DNA of 64,000 nt from the IMG/VR virus record IMGVR_UViG_3300013137_000011, positions 1-64,000 of that record, one strand, 5' to 3'. This document shows positions 39,117-47,844 of the stretch, one piece after another. Source of the DNA: a virus. The first letter of the stretch is position 1, and every line of letters starts with the position of its first letter. The translations under genes were made by a program, and so were the position numbers. Under the pieces are notes generated by a model. The model was not told where the DNA came from. It made no database searches and worked only from the letters and a program-made list of their open reading frames with translations.

Positions 39117-39905
39117 CTATCTTCTCTCATCTATTAAATCAGAACTAGGATCTGGTTTAACTGATTTTATAACATAACAAAATGCATACTTAGGACCAAC
39201 TAATCCTCCTAATGTCCTGAGAAGATTTATAACTTCCTCATCATTATCAGTAAGATGTCTAGCACCATCTAATCCAGGAACACCCCAATAAGGCATAAGA
39301 TGAATTCCTTTAGCCGAATCTATATAAAAACCTGTATTAAATAACATCTCTTTAGTCTCATCATAGGTTAATTCTTTGGTATGATCTTGGCAACATTTAA
39401 AATCTCTATATCCAAGAGCCCTATTCATAATAAGATGAAGACTATTTCTATTTGGAGAAGTCAAAAGAAATATCCCATTAGGTTTAAGAACTCTAAATGC
39501 TTCAGATATCATTTTTTCTGGATTCCCAACATGTTCTAATACTTCTTTAGCAACAACTATATCAAATGTATTATCTAGAAAAATTAGATTACAAGCATCC
39601 ATTTGCATAAACTCTGCTTCAGGATATTTTTTTTCAAACTTATTCCTAGCAATTGACATAGCAACTTCAGAAATATCAGTACAAACAATACTTTTACATC
39701 CTTTATATGAATGAAGAGATCCACATCCATCACCAGATCCAAGATCAAGTATGTGTTTTCCTTCAAATGGAACGCACATTTTTCTTGCTGTAGAATCAAT
39801 ATCTATTCCACGAACTCTATCCCATAAAAATTCTTGATTGTATGGTTTACCATTAGAGTATAAATCATTCATCATATCCCTACTATTACGTTCCATTATA
39901 ACCAT
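39117..39905 (-). CDS. class I SAM-dependent methyltransferase
   Basis: ILDLGSGDG, DIS, FDIV...EVLEH, RVLKPNG...TSPN. Confidence 0.92.
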   Translation of the reverse strand: MVIMERNSRDMMNDLYSNGKPYNQEFLWDRVRGIDIDSTARKMCVPFEGKHILDLGSGDGCGSLHSYKGCKSIVCTDISEVAMSIARNKFEKKYPEAEFMQMDACNLIFLDNTFDIVVAKEVLEHVGNPEKMISEAFRVLKPNGIFLLTSPNRNSLHLIMNRALGYRDFKCCQDHTKELTYDETKEMLFNTGFYIDSAKGIHLMPYWGVPGLDGARHLTDNDEEVINLLRTLGGLVGPKYAFCYVIKSVKPDPSSDLIDERR

Positions 39906-40597
39906 CCCTCCTCTGTAATAAGATAATTTTTCATAGCATCATTATTAAACGGAATAACAAATTTCTCTTGCCCTGGTGTACCTCCCCACTTTTTAATATA
40001 ATATCTTTGAAATATATCTGCAAAGATATTCATATTAAGAGTATTTCTCATTGGATCGGATGCAATAGTTTGGCTTCCTTCATGGTGAATTGGAAGTTTT
40101 TCTGTATATATTGCATGATATCCAGCAAGTTTGGCTCTATATATCTGATCGTTATCAGAGAAGTAGTTTGGGAGGTTTGGATCTACAAGTCCAATCTTTT
40201 TTATAGCACTAATACGCCATGCTATTACATACCATCTATCTGAATAGATCCACCAATTAGGATCCTCAAATGCTTTTTCTACACGTTCCATAAATTTCTT
40301 TAAAACATCGTCGCCAAGAAAGAATATATCAGAGTGTGTCCAAAACATAACATCATCTTCATTGTCAATACACTCTTTATAATACAGATTAAAGTTATCT
40401 GTAGATGATATATGCACTTTTGGTCTAATAATCTTTGGATTGAATCCAAATATTTTTTCTGGTTCTTTAAGATCAAAATTATCAGACACATCTGTTATAA
40501 CCAGTTTGTCATAAACCTCATGAACATTATAACTCTTAACTGCTTTTATAAGTAAATCTAATCTACTTTTGTGCATTATTTTGAATGACCATTTCAT
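39896..40597 (-). CDS. GT2/GT-A fold glycosyltransferase
   Basis: HSD (DxD-like), IG..D..LPNYFSDND..YRAKLAG, HHEGSQT. Confidence 0.8.
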   Translation of the reverse strand: MKWSFKIMHKSRLDLLIKAVKSYNVHEVYDKLVITDVSDNFDLKEPEKIFGFNPKIIRPKVHISSTDNFNLYYKECIDNEDDVMFWTHSDIFFLGDDVLKKFMERVEKAFEDPNWWIYSDRWYVIAWRISAIKKIGLVDPNLPNYFSDNDQIYRAKLAGYHAIYTEKLPIHHEGSQTIASDPMRNTLNMNIFADIFQRYYIKKWGGTPGQEKFVIPFNNDAMKNYLITEEGWL

Positions 40598-40603
40598 AAT
40601 TAA

Positions 40604-41482
40604 TTACCTCCAAGACCTATTAGTAAACATTGATGGAAGATTTCCATAAAAAGTAGCAGTACCACTATCAACACTATGAACTGCATTTGTATAATGATAT
40701 CCAATTGTAGGAAGCCAAAATAGTTGTGATGTTAGTGCTATAACATAACTATTTCCACAATCCTCCTGGGTTCCATCTGGCCCATCTGCCCTATCAACTC
40801 CGATACTCCATCTAGTTGGACCAGGATTACCCCCTGTTGTTTGAACAAAAGCAGTACAATCATGTGTATTTTCAGTAATTCCTACTACAAACTCATGTTT
40901 CCAATTAGCATTACCACCATTTGCTGCTGCTGGAGTCGAAGAATTATATGTCCATGATGCAGTAGTATCTTGTTGAGATGATATAACTAATATTTTATTA
41001 TAGTAATTATGCACAAATCTTTTCGCATTAGTGTTTTGAAATTTACTTGCAGCATCAACATGAACAGTACCAATATATCTTCTGGTTGTTGCTCCAGATT
41101 TAGATAGTACTCCATCCTGATAAACTAATGCTGTTGCTCTTGTAGCAGTACTAGCCCATGCAAGTTTTTCTAACGTAGGAGTTCCATTATCATCATAACA
41201 AAATATATCATGAGGTGTATTAGCAGTAAATCCAGAATTAGATATTGACAGTTCGGTAAAATGCCTAAGATGCCAAAAAGTTCCATCATATAAAGATATA
41301 AAATCTCCTATATATGGTGTAAAATATAGAGAAGTTTTGTCTGATTCATCGGCAGATGTAACAACAGGAGAACCACTAGTTAGTGTCAATCTTCCATTAA
41401 CAGTACTATTAGTGACAATAGAAAGGACTTCTTCTTCAGTAGCCATCTCTGGATTAAGAGATTGTTTTCCAGGTTTTCCCAT
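40604..41482 (-). CDS. tail fibre/receptor-binding-like structural protein
   Basis: NGRLTLTSGSPV, LYFTPY.G, TRRYIGT, FVHNYYN: phage fibre-associated pattern. Confidence 0.6.
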   Translation of the reverse strand: MGKPGKQSLNPEMATEEEVLSIVTNSTVNGRLTLTSGSPVVTSADESDKTSLYFTPYIGDFISLYDGTFWHLRHFTELSISNSGFTANTPHDIFCYDDNGTPTLEKLAWASTATRATALVYQDGVLSKSGATTRRYIGTVHVDAASKFQNTNAKRFVHNYYNKILVISSQQDTTASWTYNSSTPAAANGGNANWKHEFVVGITENTHDCTAFVQTTGGNPGPTRWSIGVDRADGPDGTQEDCGNSYVIALTSQLFWLPTIGYHYTNAVHSVDSGTATFYGNLPSMFTNRSWR

Positions 41483-43500
41483 TACTTTTTCCTCCTTATA
41501 TCAATCCAAAGTTGATCTCCAGAGTGATGTTTGATTACTGGTTTACAATAAATAATTTCATATCCAAATACATTTGCAAGATGCTCTAAACTACTTTTGT
41601 TATAAACAATGGTATGTTCACCAACAAAAGAAGCATTTAGGTATATCCAATTATTATTTCTTTCATTCCATTTATCTGTATCTGGAGTTATAATTGAAAT
41701 TACTCCATTTTCTGTTAACAACTCTTCAAGTTTCTCGAATAGTTTTATAGGATCATGTATATGTTCAATAACATGATTCATTAATATTAAATCATACTTA
41801 TATTTATTGTCAAAGTTTTCTACTGTTTTATCATATACATTTATTTCTAATTTATCATAAGTTAGTTTATAGTTGTCTCCGGTTTCTAATCCATCTGATA
41901 TCCATCCTAACTTTTCCATTTTATCTACTATAGTTCCTGCTCCACAACCAACATCAAGAAACCTTCCTATATTTCCATAATGTTTATTAAATCTATTGTT
42001 TAACTCAACAGCCAACTCAGATTCACGTTTTCTATAATCTTTTGTAAGATAACATCCAGTATACGATTTATCGTCATAGTATTTAGAACCATCTACAATA
42101 ATATCTGTATATATTGCTTCACAGTTCTTACATCTCAAGAATTTAATGTAACTTCTCCTCATTACAAATTCACATTCAGTATCTCCACATACAGGACAAT
42201 ACTCACGATATCCAGTATATGTTTCATCTTCTATATCTTTTAACTCAACAAATGGAGTTGAATCCATTGGAACTAAATCAATAGTTTTCTGTATTTCTTT
42301 CATTATTTCATCAATTTTAAATTGTTTCATACAATGTGGATAATTTGGGATCCCTCCTGTATCTAAACATGAGTGTCCGTGCAACATGCATGGACCACAT
42401 TTATCAGTTTTTTGAATCCATCTTCCATATTTGTAATATCTCATTCTAAGATCACCATCAAAAGGACCATATAAACCTAAACAAGGTTTATCAAATGCTC
42501 CTGCAATATGAACACAACAACTATCTAGACCAACAACAAATTCACAATTCTTAATAAATAAAATAATTTCTCTAAGAATAAGTTGATCTGGAAATATGAT
42601 CTTCTTATCAATATCATCAAACACCTTACTATCAAATCCAATCTTATTTCCACATTCCTCGCATCTTACTATGGTGTAGTGTATTCTTGGTCCTACATTT
42701 AAATCAACAATCTTTCCACAAGAACTACACTTTTTTTCTTGATAATATTTATATATAGACTTATCTCCAATCATTATAACATAATATCCATACTTTTCAA
42801 CAATTTCTCTAGCCAATTGAATCATCTTCGGTATTTCAAGATTTCTTAACATAGATGACGTTTCATACTGAAGTACAACAAACTTTTCTTTATTCATATC
42901 TATTTTATATATCTTTTTAAGATTCTTCTTAAATACTTTCATCTCTTTATCTGTAACATATAATGTTGGATTTTTCTCTTCGTCACTCATTTCATTAATT
43001 GGTGCGCCGACACAATCTAAGAATATATCATAAACATTATAAAGTTGTGCAAATGGATTTAATGTTATTTCTCCGTCAAAACAGAATACCATATCATATT
43101 CATCGGTAGAAATGTTATGGTAAACTTGTTTTGTTTCTTCTATATTTAACAGAGTTAAATCTGTATTATTCATGAACACATCTGCTCCACGAGCAGAAGA
43201 AGATACTGTAATCATGCAATTTGGATATTGTTTATGAAACCATTTGATCGCAGGCGTCATAAAAAGAACATCACCAACACCACCATGATGTATAAATAAC
43301 GCAGTTTTTGGATCTTGATGTACCGATCTTTTAGTGCCAATTGGAGTTATATCTTTAAATCCAAGATGTCTAATAAAATAATTCTTCCAATATTGTTGTT
43401 CTACAAATACAATACCATTAGAAAATCTATGTTCATATGCTTTTCCTGTTGCGTTTGAAGGAAATTTTTTACTTTTATTAGAATCAAGAATCCATGTCAT
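41482..43500 (-). CDS. GT9 (heptosyltransferase-like) glycosyltransferase fused to a class I SAM methyltransferase
   Basis: GGVGDVL; GLDS..VHIAGAFDKPCLGLYGP; Zn-ribbon CxxC pairs; FLDVGCGAG; HVIEHIHDP. Confidence 0.9.
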   Translation of the reverse strand: MTWILDSNKSKKFPSNATGKAYEHRFSNGIVFVEQQYWKNYFIRHLGFKDITPIGTKRSVHQDPKTALFIHHGGVGDVLFMTPAIKWFHKQYPNCMITVSSSARGADVFMNNTDLTLLNIEETKQVYHNISTDEYDMVFCFDGEITLNPFAQLYNVYDIFLDCVGAPINEMSDEEKNPTLYVTDKEMKVFKKNLKKIYKIDMNKEKFVVLQYETSSMLRNLEIPKMIQLAREIVEKYGYYVIMIGDKSIYKYYQEKKCSSCGKIVDLNVGPRIHYTIVRCEECGNKIGFDSKVFDDIDKKIIFPDQLILREIILFIKNCEFVVGLDSCCVHIAGAFDKPCLGLYGPFDGDLRMRYYKYGRWIQKTDKCGPCMLHGHSCLDTGGIPNYPHCMKQFKIDEIMKEIQKTIDLVPMDSTPFVELKDIEDETYTGYREYCPVCGDTECEFVMRRSYIKFLRCKNCEAIYTDIIVDGSKYYDDKSYTGCYLTKDYRKRESELAVELNNRFNKHYGNIGRFLDVGCGAGTIVDKMEKLGWISDGLETGDNYKLTYDKLEINVYDKTVENFDNKYKYDLILMNHVIEHIHDPIKLFEKLEELLTENGVISIITPDTDKWNERNNNWIYLNASFVGEHTIVYNKSSLEHLANVFGYEIIYCKPVIKHHSGDQLWIDIRRKK

Positions 43501-43528
43501 TTTTATTATTCTCCTTTTATTTTATTAT

Positions 43529-43557
43529 GAGGGGATTTGAGGTTATCTCCTCCCCTC
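43529..43557 (-). promoter_or_regulatory. conserved late-operon hairpin (GAGATAA..TCAAA)
   Basis: GAGGGGA/TCCCCTC stem enclosing the shared motif. Confidence 0.55.
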
Positions 43558-43569
43558 CAACTTTCAAAA

Positions 43570-43995
43570 CTATTGGATAGTAAGAGTAAATACAGAACTA
43601 GTGCTAGGTGGGGCGGCCCCAAGAGTAAATACAACCGCATCGGTAGATGCAAAGTAAACCTGATTCATATCGGTTGCATCAGTAGCATCAGTAACATTAT
43701 CGTTACAAAAAATACCATCAACCATAGGATGAACGCCAAACGCAGTAGGAGTCAGCGTTCCAGTTGCAGTAAATACCTTATTAGTTCCATTACATAATCC
43801 ACCTGCCATACCCATCACGGATGGCTTACCAGATACTCCCGCTGCAAGATGCGAAGCCTGAATAACTCCTGCGCTGATATGACTACCAACAACGGCGTCA
43901 GCAGAGATATGGCTACCAACTACGGCGTTATCGGCAATCAGAGTACCACCAACAGAACCCGCAAGACCTCTTGCTCCTAAATCAATTCTTCCCAT
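43570..43995 (-). CDS. small virion fibre/decoration-like protein
   Basis: AVVGSHIS repeats, GTNKVFT, FTLGAAPP; GC-richer codons. Confidence 0.6.
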   Translation of the reverse strand: MGRIDLGARGLAGSVGGTLIADNAVVGSHISADAVVGSHISAGVIQASHLAAGVSGKPSVMGMAGGLCNGTNKVFTATGTLTPTAFGVHPMVDGIFCNDNVTDATDATDMNQVYFASTDAVVFTLGAAPPSTSSVFTLTIQ

Positions 43996-44016
43996 TTTGG
44001 TTTCCTCCTTTCTTAG

Positions 44017-45150
44017 TTATTTCCACCATCTTAATACTATCTTATCTCCTTCAGAGATAGAACCTAGACCGCCTATATCAAATGTAATCGATCTATCATT
44101 TGTTTCGGTATATTCATCACCAAGCCAACAAAATGAACTTTGCCATTCAACTTGCATTGAATCATCCCCAACAGTATATACGCTACTAGTGCTTACTATT
44201 CCAGATGCTGCCTGTGCAGCAGATATGATTACTCTATCACAATAATGTTGATGAGTAGCACTTGTCGATACTGTTATTATCTTTCCAGATTGTGATATAT
44301 TAGATGATCCTGCACCAATAATGGTAATATTTCCATTTATATAATCATAACCATCTGCTTTTATTCCAGTTACATCAGCAGAAGTTGAAAAATATACTGC
44401 ATCTCCTACATGAGTTATTCCTACAGAACCAAGTCCGATAAATGTAAGATCACCAGTTATTTCATCTCCATCTACATTAATTGACTGGACACCTGCAGAT
44501 GTTGAAACTTCGTTTATTTGAGTGTATAACCAATCAAGAGTGTCCTCTAATGTTGAGGTTCCTGAAGTTGATACAATATTAGGATCGTAATAATCTAATT
44601 TTCCAGTAGTTATTCCTGCGTCTGTTGCTACATGACGATTTCTAATTGTTAATCCAGAAATTGAGTCGATTGTGAGAAGGGGACCGTCTTGGGCCGTCCC
44701 TGTGTGTTTATGTCCACTAGAGGCGTCAAAGGAGCCATATATGGAGGAGAGATATGCCTTTACCGTGGCGAATGTATACTGAGGATCCGTTCCAAGGGTT
44801 GACTGAATTTGTGAAATCGCATCCTGAAGTTGGTTAATGTCATCAGCAACAATGTAATCGCCATCACAAAGAATAGTTATTCCTACAGTAGAATTAGCAC
44901 TAGATGAATTAAACACTATTTCATTGTTTTCATAATCTATATAAAACCTATCAGATAACGTAGGAGGATTACTTGACGTTGAAATATAACCTGGTATTGT
45001 AACAACTGAAGATGTAGAAACACTATGATGTAAATGTACTATAAAATCTGTTGCTGGAATAACATAAGAATCGGTAACGGCTGTTCCACCATCAATCTTA
45101 TTCACTCTATTATAGAATATATCTAATGTACCTGGAAATAATGATAACAT
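44017..45150 (-). CDS. tail tip/fibre-associated structural protein
   Basis: ADDINQLQDAI..IQ.TLG.DP, GHKHTG; seven [V/I/F]STS motifs. Confidence 0.7.
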   Translation of the reverse strand: MLSLFPGTLDIFYNRVNKIDGGTAVTDSYVIPATDFIVHLHHSVSTSSVVTIPGYISTSSNPPTLSDRFYIDYENNEIVFNSSSANSTVGITILCDGDYIVADDINQLQDAISQIQSTLGTDPQYTFATVKAYLSSIYGSFDASSGHKHTGTAQDGPLLTIDSISGLTIRNRHVATDAGITTGKLDYYDPNIVSTSGTSTLEDTLDWLYTQINEVSTSAGVQSINVDGDEITGDLTFIGLGSVGITHVGDAVYFSTSADVTGIKADGYDYINGNITIIGAGSSNISQSGKIITVSTSATHQHYCDRVIISAAQAASGIVSTSSVYTVGDDSMQVEWQSSFCWLGDEYTETNDRSITFDIGGLGSISEGDKIVLRWWK

Positions 45151-45164
45151 TTGTTCACCTTCTT

Positions 45165-45665
45165 TTACTTATATTCACAGCCATCACCATATTTTTGAGT
45201 ATCATACTTATATCCCAAAAATGTATTAGATGCTCTACTAAAATATCCAGTTCTTTCTGCAAGATTTTCTAATCTTAAATAACACCAAAAATCTCCAGTA
45301 GTACTAGCACTAATAGGAATATCTATATCTATTGATGAATCTATAAATCCACCTTCTGAAAGTGAACCTATATTTAAAATAGATCCAGAAATCATTTGTT
45401 GGCTTCCGCCTCCAAAATCACATGAAATCCAACCTTCATCTACACATTCTTGTCCATATATATTTGAAGATCCACTTATAGTTTTTTCTCCAGTATATAT
45501 ATTAGCAGAAGATGAAATTACTGTAAAATAACTATCAACCTCTCCTAACATATATGACATACTAAAACTTACTGAAGAAGAATCACTAGTAAATAGATCC
45601 TGAAATTCTATTTCACTAAGGAAACTTTTATGATCGGTTTTAGTTAATTGTACTCCAGATTTCAT
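45165..45665 (-). CDS. putative tail tip protein
   Basis: Position in the tail module; beta-rich. Confidence 0.5.
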   Translation of the reverse strand: MKSGVQLTKTDHKSFLSEIEFQDLFTSDSSSVSFSMSYMLGEVDSYFTVISSSANIYTGEKTISGSSNIYGQECVDEGWISCDFGGGSQQMISGSILNIGSLSEGGFIDSSIDIDIPISASTTGDFWCYLRLENLAERTGYFSRASNTFLGYKYDTQKYGDGCEYK

Positions 45666-45667
45666 CG

Positions 45668-47560
45668 TTATACTTCCTGATGATAATACGCATCTCTAGT
45701 ATACGTTGAATCCCATATTGCCTTGTTAAACCCTATACACTTCAAAGTCACCCCACGTTTATCTCCAAGAGAACTATACTGTAGGGCTCCTATAAATGAT
45801 CCGGTAGAAATATTGTATTGATTTATATAACTTATTTCAGATGTATAGTCATAGTCAAATAGATTTAATTTAGAATCTGTTATTATTGGAGTTTTGCATG
45901 AAGTTGAAATTGTAGATGAATTCCAATTATTTGTACCTATTAAATCAATAGAATACCAATCTGTTAATTTATCTGGATCGTTGTTTACTGTTGTTTGAGT
46001 TATTGATGTCCTTGATTCTTCTGGATATATTATATCATCCTCACTATGTTCAAGACCACGAAATATTACTTGATCGTCTATTCCAGAATGATATTTATCA
46101 GTTAAATCATATATTCTATGATACTTTCTCTCAGTATAATTAGTAATTTCACTAGAAGCATCCCAAGTAACGCTTATATCATAATTTTTTTCTACATAGT
46201 ATGACGTTAATGTTTTTCTATTTGTTATATTTCCAGTTGATAATTCTATTGAAACAATTCTTGATTCAGATGAACTAACATAGGCCCAACTTTCAGTTCC
46301 ATCTACTTCAGAATATGGAAATGATGCTCCCTGATAAAATTTTACAGGAATAACAGCAAGATCAAATACTATATATCTTTCTTCACATATCAATACATCA
46401 TCTATTATACATATTGGTTTGTATAGTTTTATATCTTTAATATATTTTATACTATACGATTCTTTGCTCATTATGGTTCCAGGAGGATCTGTGACAATAA
46501 CATATTTTTGAGCATCTATTGAGCATGAATTTATAGTTATATCATTCAATGTCCATATATTAGTTAAGTTTGATCCACTATAACAATTTATATTTGAACC
46601 AAATTCTAAATAATTATCAAATGTAATTATATAATTATTGTTTCCAATAAAACTAATATTCCTAGAAACTTCTAATGGATTTGTACTAAAATCATAACCA
46701 GAATATTCATCTCCAAGTATACTATTTATAACAATTTCTCCGCTTACTGTATTATATTTAGATTTAGTATTACACAAAAGACCATACGAATATTCTAACA
46801 AACTTGGATGAATTGGATAAGGTTTTGCCGGATAGAATGTTCCAATATCTGGACCCGATCCATATTCAGTAAAACCATATATAAACGGACCATCTCCAAT
46901 ATTATAAAAAGTTTCTGGATCAAAATCTATATATAAAGATAAATCTGAAGTATATGATCTTATTTTAACTCCAGTAACCTGATGATTCGCACTATACCAC
47001 CATTCATTTCCTGCATTATAACTTATAATTATCATAAAATAAGTATTATTTACAAAAGCATTTCTACTTTGAAAAGTAATATTATCGTTATCAATAACAT
47101 CTTCAATAATAGACAAATCTGTTTTGTCTATACATAATATATGATCATCGTTATTTGAATCTTTATAGTGAATATATATGTATGTAGAATTAACTCCAAT
47201 AATTTCTCCAGAAGAACAATCTATTGATAATATAGATTCTAGCATTTTTATTATTGTTTCGATATCTTTAGATATACTATATTTATATAATGTTTTAGAT
47301 GAATAGTTAAATCCAAACGCATTTGTATTATCTATTACATCTATTACTTGTCCTTCATCTAATTGTTTTAAGTCTCCAGAGGTGCTAATTCCATCTTCAT
47401 TATCTACTGATTTTGTGAAACTTGAATTACTTTCAAATGTTCTAAATAATTTAGAAATCCACTTCATAATAGTAGTTCTAATTAATGGAATAACATTAGG
47501 AGTTTTGATTAACTCTATTATATTCTTATCTCTAAACATCATTGGAATATAATTTGTCAT
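45668..47560 (-). CDS. putative beta-propeller tail tip protein
   Basis: Tyr/Ile-rich beta strands with blade-like spacing; tail module position. Confidence 0.5.
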   Translation of the reverse strand: MTNYIPMMFRDKNIIELIKTPNVIPLIRTTIMKWISKLFRTFESNSSFTKSVDNEDGISTSGDLKQLDEGQVIDVIDNTNAFGFNYSSKTLYKYSISKDIETIIKMLESILSIDCSSGEIIGVNSTYIYIHYKDSNNDDHILCIDKTDLSIIEDVIDNDNITFQSRNAFVNNTYFMIIISYNAGNEWWYSANHQVTGVKIRSYTSDLSLYIDFDPETFYNIGDGPFIYGFTEYGSGPDIGTFYPAKPYPIHPSLLEYSYGLLCNTKSKYNTVSGEIVINSILGDEYSGYDFSTNPLEVSRNISFIGNNNYIITFDNYLEFGSNINCYSGSNLTNIWTLNDITINSCSIDAQKYVIVTDPPGTIMSKESYSIKYIKDIKLYKPICIIDDVLICEERYIVFDLAVIPVKFYQGASFPYSEVDGTESWAYVSSSESRIVSIELSTGNITNRKTLTSYYVEKNYDISVTWDASSEITNYTERKYHRIYDLTDKYHSGIDDQVIFRGLEHSEDDIIYPEESRTSITQTTVNNDPDKLTDWYSIDLIGTNNWNSSTISTSCKTPIITDSKLNLFDYDYTSEISYINQYNISTGSFIGALQYSSLGDKRGVTLKCIGFNKAIWDSTYTRDAYYHQEV

Positions 47561-47844
47561 TATATCTCCATCATAGAAAACTTACTGGTTCCGAAATTAT
47601 CATATCCAGTAATAATTCTATTCCCAGACTGAGTTTTAGAAATCCTAACAATATCATTAACTTTATATAAATTAGTAGTTGTATTATCTCCTGGTCTAAC
47701 TTCTATGGGTTTTTTGTAGTATGTAACATTTCCAATTCTAAAATCATATAAATTGCCAGAATATGTTTTAGTTATAATTGCACGTTCAACTGCAACATTC
47801 TTTTTTATTTGGTTCATTACCAAACCATAGAAGAAATCATACAT
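47560..47844 (-). CDS. small OB-fold-like tail tip protein
   Basis: YKVNDIVRI pattern immediately after the hub gene. Confidence 0.4.
   Translation of the reverse strand: MYDFFYGLVMNQIKKNVAVERAIITKTYSGNLYDFRIGNVTYYKKPIEVRPGDNTTTNLYKVNDIVRISKTQSGNRIITGYDNFGTSKFSMMEI

Noticed and set aside
37604-47560. Diversity-generating retroelement or invertible tail-fibre cassette
   Set aside because: No reverse transcriptase or invertase, and no adenine-specific TR/VR pair seen. Fibre repeat differences look like ordinary synonymous drift.
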